64,000 bases of DNA from Gemmatimonadota bacterium (GTDB lineage Bacteria; Gemmatimonadota; Gemmatimonadetes; Gemmatimonadales; GWC2-71-9), in NCBI GenBank assembly GCA_009692115.1, contig SHZU01000001.1, forward strand, positions 68,345 to 132,344, in the 5' to 3' direction. The translations under genes were made by a program, and so were the position numbers. The stretch's first letter is position 1; each line of letters starts with the position of its first letter. Below, piece after piece: positions 8,795-17,442 of the stretch. A model generated the notes under the pieces. That model made no database searches, was not told where the DNA came from, and saw only the letters and a list, made by a program, of their open reading frames with translations.

Positions 8795-10306
8795 ATGAAC
8801 AAGACGATCCTCGTGCTCGGTTGGCTGGCCGCGGCTCCCCTCGTGGCCCAAGACCGCCCCACGACCCCGGCGACCCCGGCGCCATCCCCTGCCGCCGTGA
8901 AATTCCCGATCGATACCGTGACCCGGCGCGACGCCGTGGCCACCATCAAGGGCCAACGGGTTCCCTATCGCGTCACCGCCGGAACCCAGCCGGTGTGGGA
9001 CGACAAGGGCGCTCCGGTCGCGACGCTCTTCTACACTTACTACGAGCGGACCGATGTCGCCGACAAATCGACCCGGCCCTTCGTGATGTCGTTCAACGGC
9101 GGCCCCGGCTCGGCCTCGGTCTGGATGCACATGGCCTACACCGGCCCCAAGCTGCTCCGGATCGACGACGAGGGCTTTCCGGTCCAGCCCTATGGCGTCC
9201 AAGACAATCCCCACTCGATCCTCGACGTGGCCGACATCGTCTACATCGATCCGGTCAATACCGGCTTCTCCCGAATCATCGGCGACCAGAAGCGGGAGCA
9301 GTTCTTCGGAGTCAACGAGGACATCGCCTACCTCGCTCGCTGGCTCGATGCCTTCGTCGGCCGGCAAGGCCGGTGGACCAGCCCCAAGTACCTGATCGGC
9401 GAAAGCTACGGGACCAATCGGGTGTCCGGCCTGGCCCAGCGGCTTCAAGGATCGCACTGGATGTACTTGAACGGCGTCGTGCTGGTTTCGCCGACCCCCC
9501 TCGGAGTTGCCCGGGACGGTCCGGTGGGTTCGGCGCTGACCCTGCCCTACTACGCGGCCACGGCGTGGTATCACAAGGCGCTCGCGCCCGACCTCCAGAG
9601 CAAGAATCTCGATCAGCTCCTCCCAGAAGTGGAGAAGTTCACGGTGGACGAGTTGGTCCCCGCCTTGACCCGGGCCGGTTCCCTCGACCCCGCGCGCCGG
9701 AGCGCCCTGATCAAGCAGGTGGCCCGGTACAGCGGCCTCAAGGAGGACGTGGTCCGGCAGCATTCAATGGCGGTCTCGACGTCGTTCTTCTGGAAGGAAC
9801 TGCTTCGCGACCGTGGCCTAACGGTGGGGCGGCTCGATTCTCGGTACCGGGGCCTCGACCGCGAGGACTCGGGTGAATCGCCGGATTTCGACCCGGCCCT
9901 GACCTCCTGGAACCATGCGTTTGCCCCGGCAATCAACTCCTACCTCCGGGAGCAGCTTGGCTGGAAGACCGATCTCCAGTACTGGCTTTTCGGGCCGGTG
10001 CACCCCTGGAACCGCACCGGCGACCAGACCGGCGCCAACTTGCAGGAGGCGATGGGCTCGAACCCTTACCTCCACGTCATGGTGCAGTCGGGCTACTTCG
10101 ACGGCGGCACCCCCTACTTCGACGCCAAGTACACGATGTGGAACATGGACCCGTCGGGGCGGTTCCAGGACCGGATGACCTTCAAGGGGTATCGATCCGG
10201 CCACATGATGTACCTCCGGCAGCAAGACCTCGCGACCTCGAACGAAGACATCCGGGCCTTCATCGCGCGAACGACGACCACGCCCGGCCAGCCGGCCAAG
10301 CGATAA
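8795..10306 (+). CDS. Peptidase S10 (serine carboxypeptidase), exported
   Basis: ATG at 8795 gives the signal peptide MNKTILVLGWLAAAPLVAQ. The nucleophile motif is LIGESYGTNRV. The length is about 500 aa. Confidence 0.8.
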   Translation: MNKTILVLGWLAAAPLVAQDRPTTPATPAPSPAAVKFPIDTVTRRDAVATIKGQRVPYRVTAGTQPVWDDKGAPVATLFYTYYERTDVADKSTRPFVMSFNGGPGSASVWMHMAYTGPKLLRIDDEGFPVQPYGVQDNPHSILDVADIVYIDPVNTGFSRIIGDQKREQFFGVNEDIAYLARWLDAFVGRQGRWTSPKYLIGESYGTNRVSGLAQRLQGSHWMYLNGVVLVSPTPLGVARDGPVGSALTLPYYAATAWYHKALAPDLQSKNLDQLLPEVEKFTVDELVPALTRAGSLDPARRSALIKQVARYSGLKEDVVRQHSMAVSTSFFWKELLRDRGLTVGRLDSRYRGLDREDSGESPDFDPALTSWNHAFAPAINSYLREQLGWKTDLQYWLFGPVHPWNRTGDQTGANLQEAMGSNPYLHVMVQSGYFDGGTPYFDAKYTMWNMDPSGRFQDRMTFKGYRSGHMMYLRQQDLATSNEDIRAFIARTTTTPGQPAKR

Positions 10307-10310
10307 GACG

Positions 10311-12026
10311 ATGGTGACTGCCCTGGTGCTCTTACTGCAGGTCGCGGCCCCGAGCCGGATCACGATGGAGTACGATGTCCGGGTCCCGATGCGGGACGGC
10401 GTTATGTTGTCGGCCGACGTCTACCGGCCCAGTTCCGCCGAGCGAGTGCCGATCATCCTGGTCCGGACGCCGTATGACAACGCCGGGGCGGGGTTCGTGG
10501 CGGCCGGCAAACTCTGGGCTTCGCGCGGCTATGCCTATGTAGTCCAGGACGTTCGCGGTCGCGGCGAGTCGGACGGGACATTTTATCCGCTGGTTAGCGA
10601 GGCCCACGATGGCTACGACACGATCGAGTGGCTGGCCCGCCAATCCTGGTCCAGCGGCCGCGTCGGCATGATGGGTGGGTCGTACCTCGGGTGGGTCCAA
10701 ATGTACGCGGCCATCACCAAGCCGCCCGCCCTCAAGGCCCTGATTCCGAGCGTCACTCCGCCGGACCCCGATCGCAACTTTCCCGTTCAGTTCGGCGCCT
10801 ATGGCATCACGACGATTTCGTGGCTGGCCGCCATTTCGGGCAAGACGATGCAGGACATTTCCGAACACGATCTTCGAGGCGCCTACGGCCACCTCCCGTT
10901 GTACGAGGCCGACCGTCTGTTAGGCCGAACCCTGACCGCGTGGCGTGACTGGCTCGATCACCCGACCCGCGACAGCTATTGGGAGGCCCAGAGTTTCCAG
11001 GGAGCGCTCAAGGACGTCGCCATCCCGATGTTTCACATCAGCGGCTGGTACGATGACGTCTTGGTGGGCACCACCGAGAACTACGCGATTACCCGGGGCC
11101 AGGCCAACCAGTTCTTGATGATCGGCCCGTGGGGCCACCGGATCAACCAGGGCCGGAAACTCGGCGCCATCGACTTCGGCCCGCGGGCAGTCGTCAATCT
11201 CGACAGCCTCAATCACCGGTGGTTCGACCGGTGGCTCAAGGAGATCCCGAACGGCGCCGAGCGGGACGCCAAGGTCCGGGTCTTCATGATGGGCGAGAAC
11301 CGGTGGCGGGACGAAGCCGAGTGGCCTCTGGCCCGAACCCGGTACGTTCGCTATTACCTCTCGAGCGGCGGGAAGGCCAACTCCAGCCGCGGCGACGGCC
11401 GGCTCGACACGATGCCGCCGGGTGACTCACCGCCCGACCGGTATCGGGCCGATCCGATGAATCCCTACCCCTTCGTAACCGACGACGCCTTTTCCCAAGT
11501 TGGCGGCCCCGACGATTACCGCGAGGTTCACAAGCGGGCCGACGTCCTGATCTACACCACCGCCCCGCTCGCGGCCCCGATGGAACTCTGCGGTCCGCTC
11601 AGTGTAACCCTGGTTGCCGCTTCGTCGGCCAAGGATACCGATTGGGCCACCAAGGTCCTGGCCGTCCGCCCCGATGGGTTCGTGCTCCGGTTGAACGACG
11701 GGCTCGTCCGGGCTCGGTTCCGGAACGGGCGCGACCGCGAGGTGTTCCTGGAGCCGGGGGCCATCGAGCAATACCAGATCGACAACTGGTCGACGTGCAT
11801 CCGGCTCGACCGGGGCTGGCGGGTTCGGCTGGAAATCGCGTCGCATGCGTTCCCGAAATTCGACCGGAACATGCAGACCGGCGGGCCGATCGGCAAAGAA
11901 GCGAGCGGGGTTGTCGCGAATCAGACGGTTTACCATGAGGCGGGGCGAGCGTCGTTTTTGGTACTGCCCGTGCTCGGCGCTCGGCGCTCGGCACTCGGCA
12001 CTCGGCACTCGGCGCTAACGCGGTGA
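10311..12026 (+). CDS. CocE/NonD-family hydrolase (peptidase S15, Xaa-Pro dipeptidyl-peptidase-like)
   Basis: N-terminal motif VPMRDGVMLSADVYRP and GxSxG nucleophile MMGGSYLGW. The start could instead be ATG 10365. The last 18 codons run through a heptamer repeat array. Confidence 0.8.
   Translation: MVTALVLLLQVAAPSRITMEYDVRVPMRDGVMLSADVYRPSSAERVPIILVRTPYDNAGAGFVAAGKLWASRGYAYVVQDVRGRGESDGTFYPLVSEAHDGYDTIEWLARQSWSSGRVGMMGGSYLGWVQMYAAITKPPALKALIPSVTPPDPDRNFPVQFGAYGITTISWLAAISGKTMQDISEHDLRGAYGHLPLYEADRLLGRTLTAWRDWLDHPTRDSYWEAQSFQGALKDVAIPMFHISGWYDDVLVGTTENYAITRGQANQFLMIGPWGHRINQGRKLGAIDFGPRAVVNLDSLNHRWFDRWLKEIPNGAERDAKVRVFMMGENRWRDEAEWPLARTRYVRYYLSSGGKANSSRGDGRLDTMPPGDSPPDRYRADPMNPYPFVTDDAFSQVGGPDDYREVHKRADVLIYTTAPLAAPMELCGPLSVTLVAASSAKDTDWATKVLAVRPDGFVLRLNDGLVRARFRNGRDREVFLEPGAIEQYQIDNWSTCIRLDRGWRVRLEIASHAFPKFDRNMQTGGPIGKEASGVVANQTVYHEAGRASFLVLPVLGARRSALGTRHSALTR
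11972..12013. repeat. Tandem heptamer array, six units of (G/A)CTCGGC
   Basis: Direct read: gctcggc gctcggc gctcggc actcggc actcggc actcggc. Confidence 0.9.
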
Positions 12027-12052
12027 ATTCCCTTCAACTTTGGAGTATTGAT

Positions 12053-13033
12053 ATGCGTGGTGTTCTTGGTGCCTTGATGCTGGGCGGGTTGGCGGGGCCG
12101 GTCGCGGCGCAACGGGCTGAAACCGCCCTCCATAGCGAGATGAACCGGATCGCGCCGCTCTCGGGCGGGGTGCTCGGGATCGCGGCGGTCCATCTCGAGT
12201 CGGGGCGGACGTTCTTTCACAACGCCGATGAGGCGTTTCCGCTGGCCAGCACCTATAAGGTGCCGATCGCGGTCCAGGCGTTGACCCTGGTGGAGCAAGG
12301 GAAGCTCGATCTCGACCGGATGGTGGCCTGGGATACCACCGATCTGCATATCGGGAGCGAAGCGTTCCTGCTGTTTCGGAAGCCGGGCTTCGCGCTGTCG
12401 GTGCGGAACATGCTCGAGACAATGCTGATTTTGTCGGAGAACAACTCCACCGACTGGATGCTTAAACTCTCCGGCGGGGGCTCGGCGGTGACCCAGCGGC
12501 TCCGGGACGTGGGCATTACCGACGTCCGGGTGGACCGCCCCACGGCCGAGGTCATCGCGAACCCGTACGGCATCACCGACATCTGGACCGACGGGAAGTT
12601 CTCGAGAACCAAATGGGAGTCCCAGATCGGCGCCCTCTCGAAGGCGCGGCGCGACTCAGCCGCCTATTACTACGCGGAGGACCCCCGGGACCACGGCAGC
12701 CCCAAGGGCATGGTCACCCTCCTGACCAAGGTATGGAAGGGTGAGGTGCTGAATATGAAGAACACCGCCCTGCTCTTCGATATCATGTATCGCTGCGAAA
12801 CCGGCGCCGCCCGGATCAAGGGCATGCTTCCCCCGGGCACTCGAGTGGCCCACAAGACCGGCACCTACGCCGGCACGGTCAACGACATCGGCATCATCGA
12901 CCTGCCCGACGGCACCCACCTCGCCATCGCCGCCTACGTCAAGAAGTCGAGCAAAATCCAAGGCCCCGACCTCGAAGCCACGGTGGCCCAAGCCTCTCGA
13001 GCGGTCTACGACTATTTCGTTTTCGGGAACTGA
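12053..13033 (+). CDS. Class-A beta-lactamase-fold serine hydrolase, exported
   Basis: ATG at 12053 (MRGVLGALMLGGLAGPVAAQ). Motifs are STYK (SxxK), SEN (the SDN position) and HKTG (KTG). Confidence 0.75.
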   Translation: MRGVLGALMLGGLAGPVAAQRAETALHSEMNRIAPLSGGVLGIAAVHLESGRTFFHNADEAFPLASTYKVPIAVQALTLVEQGKLDLDRMVAWDTTDLHIGSEAFLLFRKPGFALSVRNMLETMLILSENNSTDWMLKLSGGGSAVTQRLRDVGITDVRVDRPTAEVIANPYGITDIWTDGKFSRTKWESQIGALSKARRDSAAYYYAEDPRDHGSPKGMVTLLTKVWKGEVLNMKNTALLFDIMYRCETGAARIKGMLPPGTRVAHKTGTYAGTVNDIGIIDLPDGTHLAIAAYVKKSSKIQGPDLEATVAQASRAVYDYFVFGN

Positions 13034-13098
13034 GATCTCGGCACTCGGCACTCGGCACTCGGCCGAGTGCCGAGCGCCGAGTGCCGAGTGCCGAGATC
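13034..13098. repeat. 65-nt palindrome built from the same heptamer (4 units facing 5 units); likely a bidirectional hairpin/terminator
   Basis: gatctcggcactcggcactcggcactcggc | cgagtgccgagcgccgagtgccgagtgccgagatc. It starts 1 nt after the TGA at 13031-13033. Confidence 0.85.
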
Positions 13099-13358
13099 AA
13101 AACTATGCGGCCTCGGTCGAGCCCGCGAGCGCGGTGGCTGACGACGAGCCGCCGCTCACGACCTGGGCTACGTCGCCGAAGTAGCCGGTACCCACTTCGC
13201 GTTGATGTTTGGTGGCGGTGTAGCCGTTGACCTCGGAGGCGAACTCGGCCCGGTCATCTGATTGCGCTGATCGGCACACCAGACGGGGACGGTGATCCGC
13301 CAGTCGCCGGGGGTCGTGTTGGGATGGCCGTTTAGCATGCCGATCGCCGTAACGGCTT

Positions 13359-14489
13359 TTAGACCCAAATCCCCGAAAGCACCCGCCGGAAGTTGCCCCC
13401 CAAGATCCCGAGAATCTGGTCGTCGGTGTATTTCCGGCGGATCAACCCGTCCGTCAGATCGTACATCCGCTTCGGATGGGCCACTTCGTCGATATCGATC
13501 TTGTCGCGGAAGGCATAGTCGGACTTGTAGCCGGCCTTGAGGCGTTTGTAGTCCTCCGGCGGCATATCGTCGTACCCATCGAGGTCAATGTCGCTCCCGA
13601 TCCCGACATGTTCGACGCCAATCATCTTCGCGACATAGTCGAAGTGATTGAGCAGGTCTTCGATGGTGGTCGGCTCGCTGCCCTTCACGAAATTGCGGAC
13701 CCCGGTAATCCCCATCACGCTTTCCGCCTTGCCCACGGCCTTGATGACGGAATCCGGCTTGCAGCGCGGGTGGCCTGGGTTGAGCGCCCGGGCATTCGAA
13801 TGGGTCACCAGGACCGGCTTCTTCGACACCTCGAACGCGTCGAGCGAGGTCTGATCGCCACAGTGCGAGACATCGACAGCCATCCCGACCGTGTTCATCC
13901 GGTCGACGATGGACAACCCAAAATCGCTGAGCCCCTCGTCGCGGCGCTCGGTCGAGCCGTTGCCGATCAGGTTCCGGGTATTGTAGGTGAGTTGGGAGAC
14001 CCGCTGCCCCATGGCGTAGAAGGTGTCGACGTCCGCCGGCCGGCGGAAATGCTCCGAGTTCTGCACGCCGAGCATGACCCCGAGCTTCCCGGACGCCTTG
14101 ACGGAAGCAAAGTCGGCCGCCGAGTCGATCCGGGTGAAGTACCGGTCGTTGCCGGCCAGGAACCCGTTCCAGTTGGCGATGAATTGGTAGGTGCTGTCAT
14201 AGGCATTGGCCCCGCCGGTCCCGACGGCGGTGTGGAACACATTGATGCCGGACGAACGAAACCGCTCGAAGTCCGCCTGGGCAAACAGCTCGGGCTTCGC
14301 GTTCCACTTGCCCATCAACGGAAAATTGAGGGTCAGGGGGCTCAGCATGTCGATGACGAGGGCCCGTTCCATCACACTGAGACAGCGGGCGGTGTACTCG
14401 GTTCCGCTGCCCCGAAACAGCGTGAAGCGGCCCCGGTTGATCAGCGGAACCGCGAAGGCGGCGGCGAGAAAGCGGCGGCGAGTCGTCAT
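13359..14489 (-). CDS. Membrane dipeptidase, peptidase M19 (renal-dipeptidase family), TAT-exported
   Basis: Twin-arginine signal MTTRRRFLAAAFAVPLI. M19-like motifs VSHCGD and HVGIGSDIDLDG. Confidence 0.8.
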   Translation of the reverse strand: MTTRRRFLAAAFAVPLINRGRFTLFRGSGTEYTARCLSVMERALVIDMLSPLTLNFPLMGKWNAKPELFAQADFERFRSSGINVFHTAVGTGGANAYDSTYQFIANWNGFLAGNDRYFTRIDSAADFASVKASGKLGVMLGVQNSEHFRRPADVDTFYAMGQRVSQLTYNTRNLIGNGSTERRDEGLSDFGLSIVDRMNTVGMAVDVSHCGDQTSLDAFEVSKKPVLVTHSNARALNPGHPRCKPDSVIKAVGKAESVMGITGVRNFVKGSEPTTIEDLLNHFDYVAKMIGVEHVGIGSDIDLDGYDDMPPEDYKRLKAGYKSDYAFRDKIDIDEVAHPKRMYDLTDGLIRRKYTDDQILGILGGNFRRVLSGIWV

Positions 14490-14527
14490 GGCAAGCTCGG
14501 TGTTGAAGGGGAGGATGGCCCAAATAG

Positions 14528-14557
14528 CATTCGGGGCCCCGTTGGAGACCCCGAATG
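14528..14557 (-). terminator. Hairpin between the small secreted-protein gene and the M19 gene
   Basis: Perfect 9-bp stem CATTCGGGG / CCCCGAATG with a 12-nt loop. On the minus strand it is followed by CTATTTGGG. Confidence 0.35.
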
Positions 14558-14587
14558 ATGGCGAACCGCCCGGACCTTCCGCAACGT

Positions 14588-14952
14588 CTAGTTTGGCGCG
14601 TGAACCCCGGGGGGCCCGTAATTCCGGTAGGAGCCGATCCCCGGCCCCGACAGATCGAGGCCGGTATTGTTGATCTTCGCGATGTACTGCCGGATCGACC
14701 CCGGGAACGGCGTCGTCCGGGCGCCCCGGCCAAACGGATCGGTGTACCAGGTGGTCGGGCCGTCGGAGTTGTTGAGGTCGAACGAGTTCATGTCCATGAC
14801 CCGCCGAACCCCGTTGAAGGGCGACCGGGGATCAGTTTGAATAATCCCGGCGATGGTGCCGGTGCCGGGACCGCCGTCCGCGCCGTCTGCCCGAAACTCG
14901 GACGGGCGCCGATGAGCACGGCAAAACCAATCACGACAGTGAGACCCTTCAT
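14588..14952 (-). pseudogene. Small secreted protein of unknown function, interrupted by a 1-nt frame change
   Basis: SD-like GAGGA plus ATG at 14952 gives the signal peptide MKGLTVVIGFAVLIGA in one frame. The GC3-rich coding continuation (PSEFRADGADGGPGTGTIAGIIQTDPRSPF...GVHAPN) is in another frame, and the switch is at the C-run 14904-14906. Confidence 0.45.
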
Positions 14953-15264
14953 TCGATCCTCGCTTGGTCGGCGGCAAGGCCGCACCGGGATGCAGCACTA
15001 CGACGTACGGAACCCAGTTGCCCCGATCAAAAGGCAGCTTGCATGCCGCCCCGGAAGGAGGCGTTTGCGACAGTGAACACCGTCATCTAAGGAAGGATTC
15101 TCCGTCGCCGTGCAGCGCCTTGCGCGAAATCGTCGATCGGATGGCCAAATCAGAGACCGGAGGGAAGAACTTGCATTGCGGTTCGCGAACCGGCTGCCTG
15201 CACCGGCCCGCACTTCGTTCGGCCTACCCCGCGGGCGCTAGATGTCCCGCGCGGCCGACAACCC

Positions 15265-15687
15265 TTACCGGGGGCGGAGTTCCATCTGAACGTACGAGGT
15301 GTCGGTGGCCAACCGGCCCAAGACCAACTTGACCGGAATGCCCGAGGTGTCGCGCCCCGCCAACCCGCTCCCGATCGGAGCCGTCACCGAGATCACCGCC
15401 GACCCGATCTGGGGCGTGAATCCGTTCACCAGAAAAACGAGGAGGAATCGTCCGTCGTCGGCGCCGAGGACCGACGCCGAACTGATGAACTGAGCGCTCC
15501 CGCCGGTCGAGCCGGTCAAGAGTTGCACCGCGACGATCGGACCGCCGACCCCGGTCCCGTCGGGGCGGACCACCCGCCCCGCGATCGCCGCGATGGTTTC
15601 CTTGCTCGGATCCGTTGGCGGAACCGTCAAGCAGGACCCGGTGCCGATCAGCAGTCCGACCGCGGCCACCTTGATTCCTGTTCGCAT
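15265..15687 (-). CDS. Lipoprotein with a carboxypeptidase-regulatory-like (Ig-like) fold
   Basis: ATG at 15687 gives MRTGIKVAAVGLLIGTGSC (lipobox). IAGRVVRPDGTGVGGPIVAV... resembles a CarboxypepD_reg domain. Confidence 0.5.
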   Translation of the reverse strand: MRTGIKVAAVGLLIGTGSCLTVPPTDPSKETIAAIAGRVVRPDGTGVGGPIVAVQLLTGSTGGSAQFISSASVLGADDGRFLLVFLVNGFTPQIGSAVISVTAPIGSGLAGRDTSGIPVKLVLGRLATDTSYVQMELRPR

Positions 15688-15706
15688 CGTATTCCTCACG
15701 CCAAGG

Positions 15707-16921
15707 TCAAGATTCAACGTAGTCGAGGTCCTTACCATAGGTCTCGCCGAGGGCGAGCAGGGCGATCACGGCAATCACTAGCACCACGACACCGACGGCG
15801 ATCCCTCCCCCGACAACCCCGAGCCCGCCGTCGCGAAACGACTGAAACGCCCAGGTCATCGGCACCACCGCCCCCCGGACGAAGTTCGGAGCCGAGGTGG
15901 TGGCGGTGGCGCGAAGATTGGTCCCGAACTGTTCGGCGGCCATCGTCACGAACACGGCCCAGTACCCGATCGCGAAGCCCATGGCGCTGCAGAGGGCATA
16001 GAACCCGGCCAAGGTGCCCGCCACCTCAAGGAAATACGCCGCACAACCGGCGACCGTGAGCCCGAGAAATAAGCCGATGGCCCGCTTTCGGCTCTGGATC
16101 ACTTGACTCAGGGCGCCGCTCGCGACGTCGCCCGCCGCCAGACCGGCATACAGCCAGAGGATCGCCCGGCCGGCGCTCGGCGTGTAGCCCAGGTCCAGCG
16201 CCTTGGCGAATTCCGGAGAAAAGGTGACGAGGATGCCGATGACGTACCAGATCGGCACCGCCACGAGGATCACCGAGAGATATCGGATGCCCCGGCGCCG
16301 ATCGGCGAATAGCGCGAAGAAGTTTCCCCGGCCGATGGGAGTCGACTTGACGCTCTGGAACATGTGACTTTCCCGAACCGCCACCCGAAGCGCCAACAAG
16401 GCCAGACCCATAACGCCGCCAACGATGTAGGCCGTCCGCCAGTCGAACGCCTCCGCCACTAAAGCAGCCGCGATGGCGCCCAGCACCCCGATCCCGGCGA
16501 CAACCGCGGTCCCGTAGCCCCGGGATTCCTTCGACATGACTTCCGCGACCAGGGTGATCCCGGCCCCCAGTTCCCCCGCTAAGCCGATGCCCGCGATGAA
16601 CCGGAGGGCACCATACGACTCGACGGATGTGACGAAGGCATTGGCCAGGTTGGCGAGCGAGTACAGCACGATCGATCCGAACAGCACCGACAGGCGGCCC
16701 CGGCGGTCGCCCAGGACACCCCAGAGAATCCCGCCCACGAGCATCCCGAACATCTGGAAGTTGATCAGCCGAACGCCCGCGTCGAGCAGCTCTGCCTCGG
16801 GCACCCCGATGTCCGTCAGACTGCGGACCCGCACCACGCTGAACAGAATCAAATCATAGATGTCGACGAAGTAACCGAGGGCGGCGACCAAGACGGCGAG
16901 ATTGGCGGCACGTTTGTCCAT
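15707..16921 (-). CDS. MFS transporter
   Basis: ATG at 16921 (MDKRAANLAVLVAALGYF). About 12 hydrophobic segments. MFS loop signature GVLGDRRGRL. Confidence 0.8.
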   Translation of the reverse strand: MDKRAANLAVLVAALGYFVDIYDLILFSVVRVRSLTDIGVPEAELLDAGVRLINFQMFGMLVGGILWGVLGDRRGRLSVLFGSIVLYSLANLANAFVTSVESYGALRFIAGIGLAGELGAGITLVAEVMSKESRGYGTAVVAGIGVLGAIAAALVAEAFDWRTAYIVGGVMGLALLALRVAVRESHMFQSVKSTPIGRGNFFALFADRRRGIRYLSVILVAVPIWYVIGILVTFSPEFAKALDLGYTPSAGRAILWLYAGLAAGDVASGALSQVIQSRKRAIGLFLGLTVAGCAAYFLEVAGTLAGFYALCSAMGFAIGYWAVFVTMAAEQFGTNLRATATTSAPNFVRGAVVPMTWAFQSFRDGGLGVVGGGIAVGVVVLVIAVIALLALGETYGKDLDYVES

Positions 16922-17062
16922 GAGACTCGAATCGGGTTGGGGTATCGGCCGCTGGAGGTCGTTCGGGCGGTGAATCGAGTTAGCTTCAGGAACCCGGGTC
17001 GGCACTCGGCGAACCAGACAAGGGTACACTGACTGGCGGACCTCGTAAAGCAGGAGGGCAAC

Positions 17063-17441
17063 ATGGAGGACCTTCGGGAGGCGACGCTCGGGCAGGTTGC
17101 CCGTGTCGTGAAGAACCTCGACCGGGCCACGGGGTTCTTCCGGGACCGACTTAGGACTGCCATTCTTGTTCGGGTTTCCGGGATTGGCGTTCTTTCAGCG
17201 CGGGGCCACCCGACTGATGCTCTCCACGGCGGAGGAGCCGGAGTTCGACCATCCGAGTTCGATCCTCTACTACCGGGTGGCGGACGTGGCGGCCACCCAT
17301 GCCGAGCTCGCGGCGCGGGGCGTTAGCTTTCGGGACGAACCGCATGTTGTCCACCGAACACCGGCATATGAACTGTGGATGACGTTCTTCAATGACACCG
17401 AAGGCAACCCGTTCGCCCTGATGGCGGAGAAGCCGATCTGA
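17063..17441 (+). pseudogene. VOC/glyoxalase-family protein with a 1-nt frameshift
   Basis: Strong SD AGGAGGG plus ATG at 17063 gives MEDLREATLGQVARVVKNLDRATGFFRDRL. The rest of the domain (GLPFLFGFPGLAFFQRG...GNPFALMAEKPI) is in the next frame. Removing one base near 17150 would restore ...FFRDRLGLPFLFG.... Confidence 0.5.
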
Positions 17442-17442
17442 A

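Noticed and set aside
11972-13098. The heptamer arrays considered as a possible CRISPR array
   Set aside because: The unit is only 7 nt, there are no spacers, and no cas genes are nearby. The arrays are tandem or inverted microsatellite-like elements.
15179-15192. Perfect 14-nt palindrome CGGTTCGCGAACCG upstream of the small secreted-protein gene
   Set aside because: A rough base-composition estimate predicts several perfect 14-nt palindromes per 64 kb of this GC content. No second copy or associated regulator was seen.
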